The notes under the pieces were generated by a model, which saw nothing but the letters and a program-made list of their open reading frames with translations, did no database searches and was not told the DNA's origin. A program made the position numbers and the translations under genes. A DNA stretch of 64,000 nucleotides from Amoebophrya sp. A120 (Eukaryota > Protista > Dinoflagellata), in assembly GCA_905178155.1 (NCBI GenBank), contig CAJINV010000002.1, forward strand, positions 3,176,515 to 3,240,514, in the 5' to 3' direction. Within the stretch, counting starts at the first letter, position 1. Each line of letters opens with the position of its first letter. Positions 24,401 to 35,100 of this stretch are shown here, piece after piece.

Positions 24401-27302
24401 CACCATATAGAACTTTTATCACCACCTGATTTCTTTTGCTTTTTTGCATGAGATCTTCTGCTTCTGATTTTGTTTTTTTCATCTTCCTCTGCATTTTCAA
24501 AAAGAGTAAAATTTTGTTGATCACGGATCCGGGGTGTGGATAGTTTGGACTTCGACTCTTTGATCGATGTTTTTTAAAAAAACCCCGGTCCGTGATCTGT
24601 AGAAATCAGGGTGGTGTTTCTTCAATAAAGTACTGCTGTTAAGCTTCTAAAAACAGTAAATCTCAGTCCGTCACTGTAGCATCACAACGCTTCTCGCAAC
24701 ACTTCTATAAGTAAACCTTTTAGCATTAAAAACTTCTTCACATCAAAGCCTCCCTTTCTTACGTAAAACTTTTTTTGTAGAATTTCGTATAAAGGACTGA
24801 GAAAACTGCTATGCATTACAAATACTCTGTGGCGAAGCTTCTGTGTGAAATTTATACTACATATCTCGACCCTTCTTTCTTTACTTTGAGCTTCTGCCAC
24901 CGCTGTAATGCATTTATACGAGTGCGATGCTTTTGCAATGCATATGATTCCAGCTCTGGAGGGGCGGGTGCCGCGGGTAATATGAACAATATGATGAACA
25001 ACTATAACATCGACGCTAGTGGTGCCATATGAATTGCAAAACCACCGTACTAGTATAAATTGCATTACAAATTTTCTCAGCATGTTGAAAATTGGACTTT
25101 GTCATGCTGTTTTTCCTTGGAAAGGAAATTTGTCATGCATAACTGCAATTACTACGAGTGCGATACTTTTGCACAGCATATGCCAGCGACCGAGACCGGG
25201 AGCACAGTTCGCTGGAAGATTTTCTCGACATGATGGAAGTGCTGAAAAGGAATCTCAACCCCTTGCTCGTGCAATCCCAGAACAAAGTGAAATTTGCGAC
25301 AAATTTGCTGGAAACTCTCCTCCACTTGCTGGTCCGCTTTAGAATGAACGCCAACACGCCGCAAGCGCTCCAGATCCGGAATCTGATCGCGAAGCAGGGG
25401 CTGACCATTGTGCTGGCCTTGTTTAACACGAATCTTCGCGATTTCCTGCCGAAAACAGGGCCAGCGGAGCAGGCTGGGACGAGCACAGGTGCAACTTCTA
25501 AAACAGGCAGTGCCGCGTCGTCGAAGAGTAGTGCAGCGAATTCCACCACCAATGCAGGAGGTCTGAAGTCTAGTGCAACTTCAAGTTCTGCGGCAGAAAG
25601 ATATGCATTGCAAAAGTATCGTACTAGTATAAATTGCAATACAAACTTCCTTAGCATGAGAAATGGAATTTGTAATGCGGATTTGCCTTGATAAAAAGAT
25701 TTGTAATGCATGACTGCGATTACTACGAGTACGATGCTTTTGCAGTTCATAAAAGAGAACAAAACGCGATGTCCGTGGACACGGACGGGCCAAATCCCCT
25801 GGACATGTTTCACGGCGCGTATGAAAGCCTCAGAATGGAAATCCTCAAAGTGGAAATAATTTGTGATGCATGAAATGCGACGCAAAAAACCCTGTATTGC
25901 AGAGGACGCAATGGAGGCCGACTATTGTGCTTCTACGGGTTCAGAATTGGGCTGCTGATTAGCACGACAGAAGGGCACCCCTTTGCCTAAGTAGCATGAC
26001 AGACACGCTTTGAGTGCCGGGGAAATTTGTCATGCGCCGACTAGAAATGGTCCTTCAACTGGAGTCGTTTTTTTGCATTACAAAATATTTGCACTTTGAG
26101 GATTTCCAACCTGAGGCTTTCATAGCGCGACTAGTTCCCCCGACGGAGTGCACCACCACAGTTCCGGACTTGGTGCTCTCACGGGCGGCCAGAACAAATC
26201 CGGGAATGGGAGCCAGGCGCACCCGATGAAGGTGTGTCTCGATTTTCTGAACGAACTGCTGCTGAACTGTACTGGCAACACAGGTAGTTCTGTCATGCAG
26301 AACGCTAACGACAACTGGTTTCTCGACTACCTCAAACTTCCCGTCGTGGGAAGCAACCCAACCACAGGTTCCATTTCCGGTTATGCATTCTTGCAAAAGA
26401 ACTATCATACTGGTACTACTGTAAGAAATTGCATGACGAATTAACTTTCTCTGAAGGAAAAAATCGAATTTCTAATGCTGAACAAGGTAAGAAGACAGAT
26501 CTGTCATTTTGCTGTGCCGCAATTTGTTCAGATTCAGTACGAGTGCGATAGTACTTTTCCTCCAGAGGATACCGACCGCAGCGAGACAAATCTGCTACCA
26601 ACAAGTACCATTCCGCAAAACGAACAGGAGTTGGTTGCAAATCTGGAGCAGTTCGCGCTCCACAGCTTCCGCCTGGCCGCGCCGGTGGTAGGACCGGCAG
26701 GTGGTGGTGGTGGTGGAACCGCAACTGTTGTTGGTGGACAACATGTTCAAAACCAAAACTCTAGTATCGACGACCGCACTGTGTCCCAGTACATTCTGCA
26801 CCTCTCGACCAAAACCGCCATCGGGTCTTTGCTGCTTCGTGCGTTGTATCCTGTGCAAAAGTATCGTACTCGTATTGCAATCATGCATTGCAAATCCTTT
26901 TGTTAAGGTAAGTCCGCATTACAAATTTTATTTCTCATGCTGAGGAAATTTGTAATGCATTTATACGAGTACGATACTTTTACAGTTCATACGTTGTTTC
27001 AGCTGCTCAAACGAAACGCGCCCGTGAACCTTCTCGGGGAGATCATGCAAGTCACCCTTCTGCTCCGCGACAAGCTGGGTGCGGATATTTTTCACGCAAT
27101 GGGCGACCAAGCGCTCTCCGGACCGCAGACAAACAACGCGGACGTTGGTTCTGCAAATGCAACGTCTAGTATCGCGGAGAACTGCAAAAAAGCCCGGGAA
27201 ACGCAAGCGCAGTTTCTCCGGGACATGTGCGATGTGAGCCAGACGCAGCAATTTGCGAAAAACGCGATGAAGAAGTTTTTCGGTCGCGGAGGAAGGCACT
27301 GA
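15458..27302 (+). CDS. Large hypothetical protein (~2290 codons, probably alpha-helical scaffold), 20 exons
   Basis: One GT-AG intron (16130-16336) plus 18 introners. Removing each with one 5-bp DR leaves 6870 nt in one frame linking ORF fragments 15458, 16887, 17706, 19379, 20377, 21866, 23800, 25158, 26148, 26475 and 26937. Confidence 0.75.
16386..16649. mobile_element. Introner family C (TAT-N4-TGCAAAnATGTCTGGGTCTGGA TIR), 264 bp
   Basis: TIRs, DR CCGTA. Confidence 0.9.
16728..17033. mobile_element. Introner family D (TATGGATGTGTCAGG TIR), 306 bp
   Basis: TIRs, DR GAATC; inverted sister copy at 31972-32277. Confidence 0.9.
17463..17706. mobile_element. Introner family B, 244 bp
   Basis: TIRs, DR TGAAA/TGAAG. 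Confidence 0.9.
17864..18257. mobile_element. Singleton introner with long TIR, 394 bp
   Basis: TATGGCGGCGGTAGCTCATTTATTTG...CAAATAAATGAGCTACCGCCGCCATA, DR TCTTC, frame restored. Confidence 0.9.
18349..18669. mobile_element. Singleton introner, 321 bp
   Basis: Imperfect TIR (ACCCCTCCCC/GGGGAGGGG), DR AAAGC/GAAGC, frame restored. Confidence 0.8.
18818..18967. mobile_element. Introner family A, 150 bp (ends ATG)
   Basis: TIRs, DR CCCTG. Confidence 0.85.
19020..19220. mobile_element. Introner family F, 201 bp
   Basis: TATGCAAGAAAAAAACTGTG...CACAGTTTTCTTCCTGGATA, DR AATGA/AACGA. Confidence 0.8.
19282..19431. mobile_element. Introner family A, 150 bp
   Basis: TIRs, DR CGACC. Confidence 0.9.
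19992..20142. mobile_element. Introner family A, 151 bp
   Basis: TIRs, DR GCTAT. Confidence 0.9.
20242..20394. mobile_element. Introner family A, 153 bp
   Basis: TIRs, DR GTGAT/GTGAC. Confidence 0.9.
21681..21889. mobile_element. Introner family F, 209 bp
   Basis: TIR with ACTGTTTCACTGT/ACAGTGAAACAGT, DR AGCAG. Confidence 0.85.
23593..23883. mobile_element. Introner family E (TATCCTGnGnAAAAACG TIR), 291 bp
   Basis: TIRs, DR AATTT/AATGT. Confidence 0.85.
24044..24944. mobile_element. Introner family A expanded to 901 bp by an AT-rich insert (~24164-24903)
   Basis: Two halves of a family A element with TGTAAT duplicated around the insert. DR TAATT/TGATT; frame restored. Confidence 0.8.
25028..25180. 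mobile_element. Introner family A, 153 bp
   Basis: TIRs, DR TGCCA. Confidence 0.9.
25602..25751. mobile_element. Introner family A, 150 bp
   Basis: TIRs, DR AAAGA. Confidence 0.9.
25820..26124. mobile_element. Singleton introner, 305 bp
   Basis: TATGAAAGCCTCAG..GGAAATCCTCAAAGTG TIR, DR GCGCG. Confidence 0.9.
26382..26571. mobile_element. Degenerate introner family A, 190 bp
   Basis: Diverged TIRs, DR CCGGT/CCGAC, frame restored. Confidence 0.75.
26847..26991. mobile_element. Introner family A, 145 bp
   Basis: TIRs, DR CGTTG. Confidence 0.9.
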
Positions 27303-29404
27303 GGGGTTGTTGTGCTGGAAAAGAAAAAAACAGATGGAGGTCGTGATGGAAAACTCTGTCCTCGCGAACCATAATCAAGGGTTGTATTTTAACTCGAAAG
27401 TAGTTAGAGTTACTCTTACTATGAGCGAGATGAACGCTGCTTCGCCCAGACGCAACTGTAAGTACCTGATGAAGCGGTCTACCTTCTACGCTAGTAAAAA
27501 AGCGAGGGGTCGTGCTGAGATTTTCATGGCATCGTACGAAAGAGCAGACGCATTTTGATTTTTCGACCATTATTTCGTTGCATCCACCGAGAACAACAAA
27601 TACAAAACAGTAACAGCTAGTACAGCGACAAAAATGAAAGTGAACTCACCAGTGCGTGAACAAATATTCATTTTCCCCGGAGCAAAAATGTGAGGTAAAA
27701 ATAAAGATCCATCTGACTGTTCAAGATTCTTTTCTATTTCCCTGCGTCTTCCAGCTTTAGCTTTACTTTGTTTTCTGGCCGTTCGCTGACTTCTTAATGA
27801 CAGCTTGTATATCGGAATCGGACTTCTAGATAGCACAACTTCTCAATCAAATCGTCCAATAATCTGCTCGTGTTTATTGTCTGACACGTCGTTTATTGTC
27901 GGCCCCTCGTTCTGTCCTCGTGCAACTCTGGTTTCTCTTTCGATCGTTCTACTGGTCGTCCGTTCAAAAACAGTTTGATTCCGCACTTGAATGTCGACAA
28001 GTGAAAGTCCTGGCCTCATTCAACGTATGGCCTTAATATTATGGCAGTCGGGTAGGCTACTACTACTTATTGATTCCTACCGCGCGCCAAGCCCAGCTTG
28101 ATATCATCATCATCATCTTCACCGCATGACCATCTGAGTAGTAGTTGTTTACGCATACGCACCTGCCGCCTAGATTAGAATAGAACTAGAATCGTCCCTC
28201 CTCTCATGTCCTTCATGTGGAGGCTACAACGGGTACTACATATTTTCAGGCACTTGTAGTTCAAGTTCACGGCTACTTACTGTACTTCGGAAGTGAGGTC
28301 CTTGAGTGATAAAATTTCGGTTTGCCCTATCGTATGATTGATTCTTCATCGGTGATGCTCTCGCTCGGCTCGTTTTCTACATCGGTTCCTTGTCTTCGAT
28401 CTAGAGATGAGAAACTAAGCGCGACCCATAATATCCCTTTTAGGTACAAAGAGCGTTGGCGTTGCGAGGTGGCAACGACATCACTGACTGAAGCGGGAGA
28501 GCGGAAACAGGGTCTTCGTTCTACTGTGTGGTGTGCGCTATTTACTAGTCCTGTCTAGCTTGCTGTGTATGGTTCTCCTCCTCCTCCTCCTCCTCCTCCT
28601 TAGGTGCAATCTTTTTGCAGCAAAATCCTCCTTTTTTTGCTTCGTTTTCGTTTTTCCCGGGCCCAACTGGAACCAAGCAGTTTTTCTTTTTTTCCTAGGT
28701 CCTAGGATTTTAGCGCCCGCCGATACGGAATCATGCCCGTCGCCGCGTCTGTTTATTAAACTTCGATCCTCAACTCCTTCGGCCGCCCCGGCTGCACAAG
28801 TTTCTTTGCTTCAGATGGGACTCAAAAATTTTGGGTTGAGAACAGGACTCAGGCGTTGGCTCATCCACTTAGGAGGTGGAGAAGTGTTGTTTGTTCTATT
28901 CGGAGGTTGTAGGAAAATACTTGACCCCGGCAACTTCTTCTTCGCAGTTTCCTTTCCGTAGGAACAGGGGAGTTCTATGGCACTTCTTCGGAATTGATGA
29001 GATTGCTCGTTAAAAGTAAAACAATATGTTGAGTACTTGCAATAGACACCGCAGTACGTACTCGTGGTAGTTTTTGCACACATTCTCGGACGTTCAAGTA
29101 ATCTACGCGAGAAGCAGAACACTAAATGACGTTAAACGCCAGTAGTTTCTCTTCCGATAGTACCTCACCACCTTCATCTTTTTCGCAGGTCCCTTAGCCT
29201 TAGTTCCCCTTCAGAGGGAGACCGAGAGAGATCATATGGAGCATGATTCACTTCTATAGAACAATACGTATTCTTGTTGAAAAAAACAATCACGAATGAA
29301 AATGATGGATAATTACTACTAGGACCTTGTGTGTACTACTTCGCTTGATCCTTGATATTAAATGTCTAGCGGTTGAAGATTACAAGTACGACTGAAAGAA
29401 CAGC

Positions 29405-32400
29405 ATGGTCAACATCATTTTTTCGAAGCTGGGAGCCGTTGCATTGTGGACGTTCTTGGTGCCAGAAAGGGGGGCCGCAACGGGACTATACTGTCTAAAT
29501 TACTGCCCGATAGAGGCTAACGAGAAGTATCATTGTGACTCCGACGCGATAGCGGGAGAGGCGGGATTCTTTCTGGAAAATGATTACTCTGATGAGTTTT
29601 ATTGTGCGCCCTATTCTAGCGGGTTTTCCTCCCTGGAAGAGGGGATTACAACGTACACGGTTGTGCAGGAGCAAGTTGAACTTGAGAAATGTGGAGATGT
29701 GTGCAGCAAGTTAAACTTGAATCAGAACGGCGAAGGTTGTCCGGGCTACTTACTCTGGAAAACCAGCACTGCTGCTGGTGGCCCTTGGGAGTGAAGATTT
29801 TTTGCGAAAGACACCCCTAAACTGCTGTCGGTACCGATAACCACGGATTTCCCCCAACGAGTTATAGGAGCTTCCAAGTGGTGTCCGTGTACTCGGTGTC
29901 CGGATGAGAAACCCTATTGGGACCCTGCACAACAGAGTTGCGTCGAGCGTTGTCCCAGTCTACAGGCCACCTTCATCGTGTCAAGTGGTGTCACAAGATG
30001 TAAACCTGGTCTGGCGAACTCGCAAAGCGGAGACGGAGACGGGACAGACCCTACTCGAGTGCACCTCCTCACCGCCCCCTCATCTTTTCTGCAAATTTGC
30101 AATCCCCGCCGGTGCCTTACGGGCTGTGGTACAGCCCATTCGTTTCCACATTTATTGCCGCACTACATTTCTTTTCCAAATTTGTCATGCAGAAAGCCAA
30201 TTTTTCATTTTGTTGTTGTTTCATTCCGTTGCTGCTCATGCCATGCTGAAAAAAATGAGCGGGAGGGGGAGTTGTGCAAGGTCATACAAGCTGCATCCAT
30301 TTCCAGCGGCGATGCTAGTGGGAGTACCGCGAACTCTCCGAGCCCGGGACCCTCACCTTCTCCGCAAACAGCACCGTCTCCAAGCCCGGGACCCGAAAAT
30401 TCTCCGCAACCAGCACCATCTCCGAGCCCGGGACCCGAAAATTCTCCGCAACCAGCACCGTCTCCGAGCCCGGGACCCGCAGCTTTTCCGCAACCAGCAC
30501 CATCCCCGCTCACGGGACAGAAAGACGACGATATCATGTGTAAAAAACACAGTACAAGCCTGCACCACCCCGTAGTCAAATCCACAAGGCTGAGACCTCG
30601 CGCATGAGACGATAAATTTGGGTTTGGGTAAGATGTAGTGCACGTAGAAGTTGTGTCTAGGTACTACACTAACACTATACTTCAGCCAAAGTATAAATCC
30701 GTCTTTTCATCAACACGACCAAAGGCAAAGCATAATCATGATGAACTATCCTCAATCACGATAAGAATAGCAAGTGTAGTATGTCATGGGGTTGCGTATG
30801 AGCCAGCTTGTGGGCAACATGCAAATTTGCGTGACGAAAACAGGGAGGAGGCACGTTGGTTTTTCGAGCCCCGGCCCCTCCGATTGACGTTGGCCCACGC
30901 CCCCCGCCGGCTAGTGCGGTAGCTCGGGCAGAGGGAGAGGGCGCACCCGCGCCAGACCCAGGCCCATTGCGCCGCGCCGGCAGGCGCAGCAGTAGGTAGG
31001 TCGGGCAGGTGATGCTAGTCCAACACCTGCCGCGGTCGCCGGGCAGGTGTAGCACTGAGTTGCCCGGACCGGAAGGACCAGGGCACTGTGGTGGCGCGGA
31101 TCAGCCGCGCCACCACACAACGACAGCAATAGGTGGACCGGGGAGACCGCCGAGCCCTGACTTGCGCAGGCGGCCGGCACACCTTAGGAGGCAGGCCGGG
31201 CAAGCCAACACTGACTCCCGCCGGCCCGGGCGGAAGTAGGTAGGTAGGGCACGTCGGGAATTCTTGAAAGGCGCCTGCTCAGAGATAGGGCGAGTCGTAG
31301 GTAGGTAGCTTGGCGCCCTGTGATCCGCACCAGCTACGGAAGCTAGTCTGTCACTAGTAGGTAGGTAGGGCGGCTCGAGACCTATGCTCTGTGGCAGCTC
31401 GGCCGATAGTAGTAGGTAGGTCGGGTAGCTCGCCTCGCGCTGAGACGTGCATGACTGTGGCTGACCCGATGAGGGTAGGTAGGTAGGAGGGCAAAATCAC
31501 GGGAGGAAAGACACTACGACCACGCTCGAGGTAGCTAACGCCCATGCTATCTAGTTCACAGCATCGCCCTACTCAACTACCTACCAACCTACCGAAAAGG
31601 GTCTGCCGGGTCTGGCCTATAATTGCAAATTTGCGTGACGAAAACGGGGAGGAGGCACGTTGGTTTTTCGACACGATACAAGACGACGACACCGGATTTG
31701 AGACGAAGGTCATTGCCATTGCTGTTGTCTGCGGCCTGGGCATATCAAATGCAAATGTGTCTGGGTCAGAAAATAAACTGTGTACTATACTGCAGGCTGC
31801 TCGAGCGTCGCAAAGTTGCCACTTGTACTGCATATTACCAGCATCAGGACGAGTCTACTTTAATATTCGAGGCTAATATCTCATGAATCATACTGAGTAG
31901 AGTCATCTTCATCAGTTAGGTTTATTTGAAGTATTAACCCCAAGAATAAAGATAAAGAATCGCATAAAGCATATGGATGTGTCAGGATCGAAATCGACAA
32001 AATCGAAAAACTTGTGATGCGCAAAATGTAGGGCACTGAAGGCCTGTATTGGGGAGCAGGCAAATGAGACCGATGGCAAGCCTGTTTAGAAGTATGCAAT
32101 GTGCTGCCAGAATAGCATGACAGGGGCAGTCTTCTTTGTCCAAACAGCATGACAGACTGGATTTCGGTGCTCCCAAAATTTGTGATGCGCCACTTGGAAA
32201 CTGAGGCTCCAACTGGTATCGATTTTATGCATCACAAATATTTCGATTTTGTCAATTTCGATTCTGACACTTCCATAAAGCAGATGTAGCAAACTCTAAC
32301 GCTCGTCTTCGAGCACGACAAAAAAACTGCTCACAGCTCTTGCTTCATGATCGATCTTGTTGTCCTTCAACTTCCGACCCAGGTGAAGACACTTTTGCGA

Positions 32401-32977
32401 TGCATAGGGCATTCTGATCTCGGTGGCTTGGTATACGAGTCGAGCTGCGGCCACCGCGAACAGGAACAATGTTGGCCACGGGCTTGGATACGTAGACGGT
32501 GGCCAGGCATACGGTGCCCAGAGCTGGAACGGCACCGGTTGGGGCGGCACCGACTGGTACGATGCCGACTTATCCTGTGTAAAAACGTCATCTTCACGAC
32601 CCAAGGGCTGTCGTGCAAGTTTGCCTACATGTTCACGAGCCACATATTAAGAGGCAGTCTTTCATGGTGTTTTGGAGTTTTTCATGCCCTTCTTTCTGCA
32701 GGGAAAGAAAAGTTGAGTATCGATTGCTGACGCGGCTGCGCGAGCAGCTGATCTCGCTTTGTGTTCTTGCAAACTCCCCATCTTGACCCTGGGGTCATGA
32801 CCTTGTTTTTACAGAGGATGAGACTGGCCTACTTACCAGTCGTACGGCCAGGGCAAGGACGGCTACGGCGAGAAGGGCAGTGGAAAGGCAAAGGGCGGCA
32901 AGAAGGGCGGCAAGAAAGGCGGCAAGAAGGGAGGTAAGCGTCCGCCCAGTGCTGGAGATCGAGATTATTTCTACTAA
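29405..32977 (+). CDS. Putative type I membrane/surface protein: signal peptide, Cys-rich N-terminus, Pro/Ser stalk, TM helix, GGKK-repeat tail
   Basis: Hydrophobic N-terminus and SPSPGP repeats. The TM segment VIAIAVVCGLG|ILISVAWY forms only after removing 31743-32406. Tail ends DRDYFY TAA. Introns between ~29790 and 30820 are not resolved. Confidence 0.6.
30336..30507 (+). repeat. Coding 42-bp tandem repeat x4 (SPSPGPENSPQPAP)
   Basis: Period 42 seen directly. Confidence 0.9.
30868..31623. mobile_element. 756-bp GC-rich insertion with TAGGTAGG motifs, flanked by a 48-bp direct repeat
   Basis: 30820-30867 matches 31624-31671 with one mismatch. Confidence 0.7.
31743..32406. mobile_element. 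Degenerate family C introner containing a nested family D element
   Basis: TATCAAATGCAAATGTGTCTGGGTC...GACACTTTTGCGATGCATA, DR GGGCA. Confidence 0.8.
31972..32277. mobile_element. Introner family D, 306 bp (nested)
   Basis: TIRs, DR AAGCA; body is the reverse complement of 16728-17033. Confidence 0.9.
32571..32820. mobile_element. Introner family E, 250 bp (ends ATG)
   Basis: Imperfect TIRs, DR CGACT/AGACT, frame restored. Confidence 0.75.
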
Positions 32978-33664
32978 AATAAAAGCAGTAGCAGGGGAGG
33001 GGGCACAGTGTCAGTTCTGTCTGTGAAGTAGAAGTTGTCATCTGCCCCGAATCTTCTGCATCAGGCAGTGAGTGGCTCATCTGCCAATATTCGCTTTCTC
33101 CTTTTTGTTAAATCAATATTTACGTACTGCACCTATGTTTCCCTCAGATTTTTTAGACTTCCAACTCCGTGAATCCTGCAAGAAGCAAGTAGAAGATACG
33201 GCGTACTACGAGGATACGAGTCTGTTGCCAACTGCAGCGCAAGAATTTTGCAATAGCGAGATGTTGTTCTATGTATCTTCCCCGCAACAAGAAGCAATAG
33301 CAATCGTCTTCGTGCCTCTTCGTCCTGGTCGTCCTCGTTTGTCGTTCCTTTTAGTCGTGTGGTTCCTTGAATTTGACTACTTTCTCAGCAGGAACACGAT
33401 ACAGGTGACTTACTCTTCATCGTCGCACTAACAAAAGCTGTATTACGCAAGCAGTAGTACACCATCCATGACTGAAGACACTTTTCTTATTGGCGCAGGT
33501 AGTTGTAGTGGTAGTTGGCCTAATATCCCTACACATCATAGCACTGCAATTCCTGTTGTTTGGTGAGAACGCTTGAGTACCAACTTCTGCTCTACCTTAA
33601 GTTTAATATGACAGTGCACTAGTTTCAGTATCAGGGTAGTGTGATTCACAAGAACGATATTATC

Positions 33665-34417
33665 ATGGACAAAGACCACCATCATCCAGACGCCGCCAGC
33701 GGCGGCGCTGCGCTCCCGATGGAAAACAGTTCGATGGACTTGATCAGCCATGAAGATGTCGATTTCGATTTGACAGCACCATCGGGAGCAGGCACGACGA
33801 AGACCGAAAACGATAAAGCCACGACTGCGGCGCTTGCCAGCACGACAGCAGAGAACAACAAGCACATGAACTTCGCTTCTGCTGCCTCCGCGCCTTCGCA
33901 ACCGATTGTCCGGCGCCAGTACGAGGACCCAGGAATTACAACTACCAACCTTACTCGCACTCATTCTCAAGAATCGGTCGTTGTTCCCCCGATCTCGGAG
34001 ACCGCCGAGCGGCAAGCGGCGCAGGATCTGGTGTTCAGCATGCGACTCGCGCTGCGCCAGTTGCTGGCCCGGATTATGGACGTGCAGTTAGGCTTGGTGA
34101 GGTTAGACGGTAGGATATCCGATATCAACTCCACGATAGATCCAAATCAAATTATGCTCAAAGTGGACGAGACACTGACCACAACCGAGGAAGCGGGCAA
34201 TAAGGTGGAAGAGACCAGCGCGCGCGTGTTGAAGTTGGAGAAAGATCTGGTTGCTGCGCAGCAAATCCAGAACAACAGCGAGATGCTCAGGGCTGTGTTG
34301 GAGAGGATAGAGGGCAAGTTGAAACAGGTGGGGGAGGAAGTGAGAGATCAATCCGAAAAGGTAGCTCGTGTAGAGGAAAGGCAAAAGGAAATGACGTGTA
34401 AGTGTGTGATTATGTGA
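33665..34417 (+). CDS. Coiled-coil protein with C-terminal CaaX box (CKCVIM)
   Basis: Heptad-rich C-terminal half; ends MTCKCVIM-stop; intronless. Confidence 0.75.
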   Translation: MDKDHHHPDAASGGAALPMENSSMDLISHEDVDFDLTAPSGAGTTKTENDKATTAALASTTAENNKHMNFASAASAPSQPIVRRQYEDPGITTTNLTRTHSQESVVVPPISETAERQAAQDLVFSMRLALRQLLARIMDVQLGLVRLDGRISDINSTIDPNQIMLKVDETLTTTEEAGNKVEETSARVLKLEKDLVAAQQIQNNSEMLRAVLERIEGKLKQVGEEVRDQSEKVARVEERQKEMTCKCVIM

Positions 34418-35100
34418 GATTGAAGCTGTAGAAGGATGTTGGAGAAAAAAAACAAAGTTGTATTCATGGAAAGTTGCAACTACCGCAGTTGCGCCGGCAT
34501 CCTCACGGATGTTCAAGTGCAGGTAAAAAACGGGTCAGTTGTAGTACAAACACCCCTGTTGTTCGGCCAAAACTACAACGAAGAACCTCCTTGGAGGGTG
34601 GCAGGAAAAACGGACTTCTTCTTGTGATGTTTCGAAAACCAGAAAAGAAAGTAGCAGCACCGGAGTGAGGTTATGTCGAGAGAACAAGAAGCGTCGTGTC
34701 TTGCTCGCCTTATTGTTGTCGAGAAATCCAAACCGTTTCAACGGTCGTTACAAATCGCAAATTTATTCGTTCGATAAATTGTTTTCGAGGGGCCTGTGTG
34801 TTTGTCGTTGTTGATTTTTCAAAATGAAAAATGGCGAAGATGGCTCGGACGCAATGACATGGGTGTCAATTACATCATGATAACATCAACCATAATTTCT
34901 ATTCTTTCACCGTAGGTTGTTCTGTACAAGATCGGATTGAAAAGCAGCATGTAGGTATCCACTACTTATGAATTTGTTGTCATTGCGGCACTTTCATCCT
35001 ACAAGTGGAGCTCTCGTGTGCTGTTAGTGGACAGCTCCAGTACACCAGAACAAGCTCAAGCAGATCTGAAAAAATATGAATACCGCACAGCAAAACAACT

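Noticed and set aside
28322-29122. Minus- or plus-strand gene upstream of the membrane protein
   Set aside because: Only short low-complexity ORFs are present, with no consistent frame or motif.
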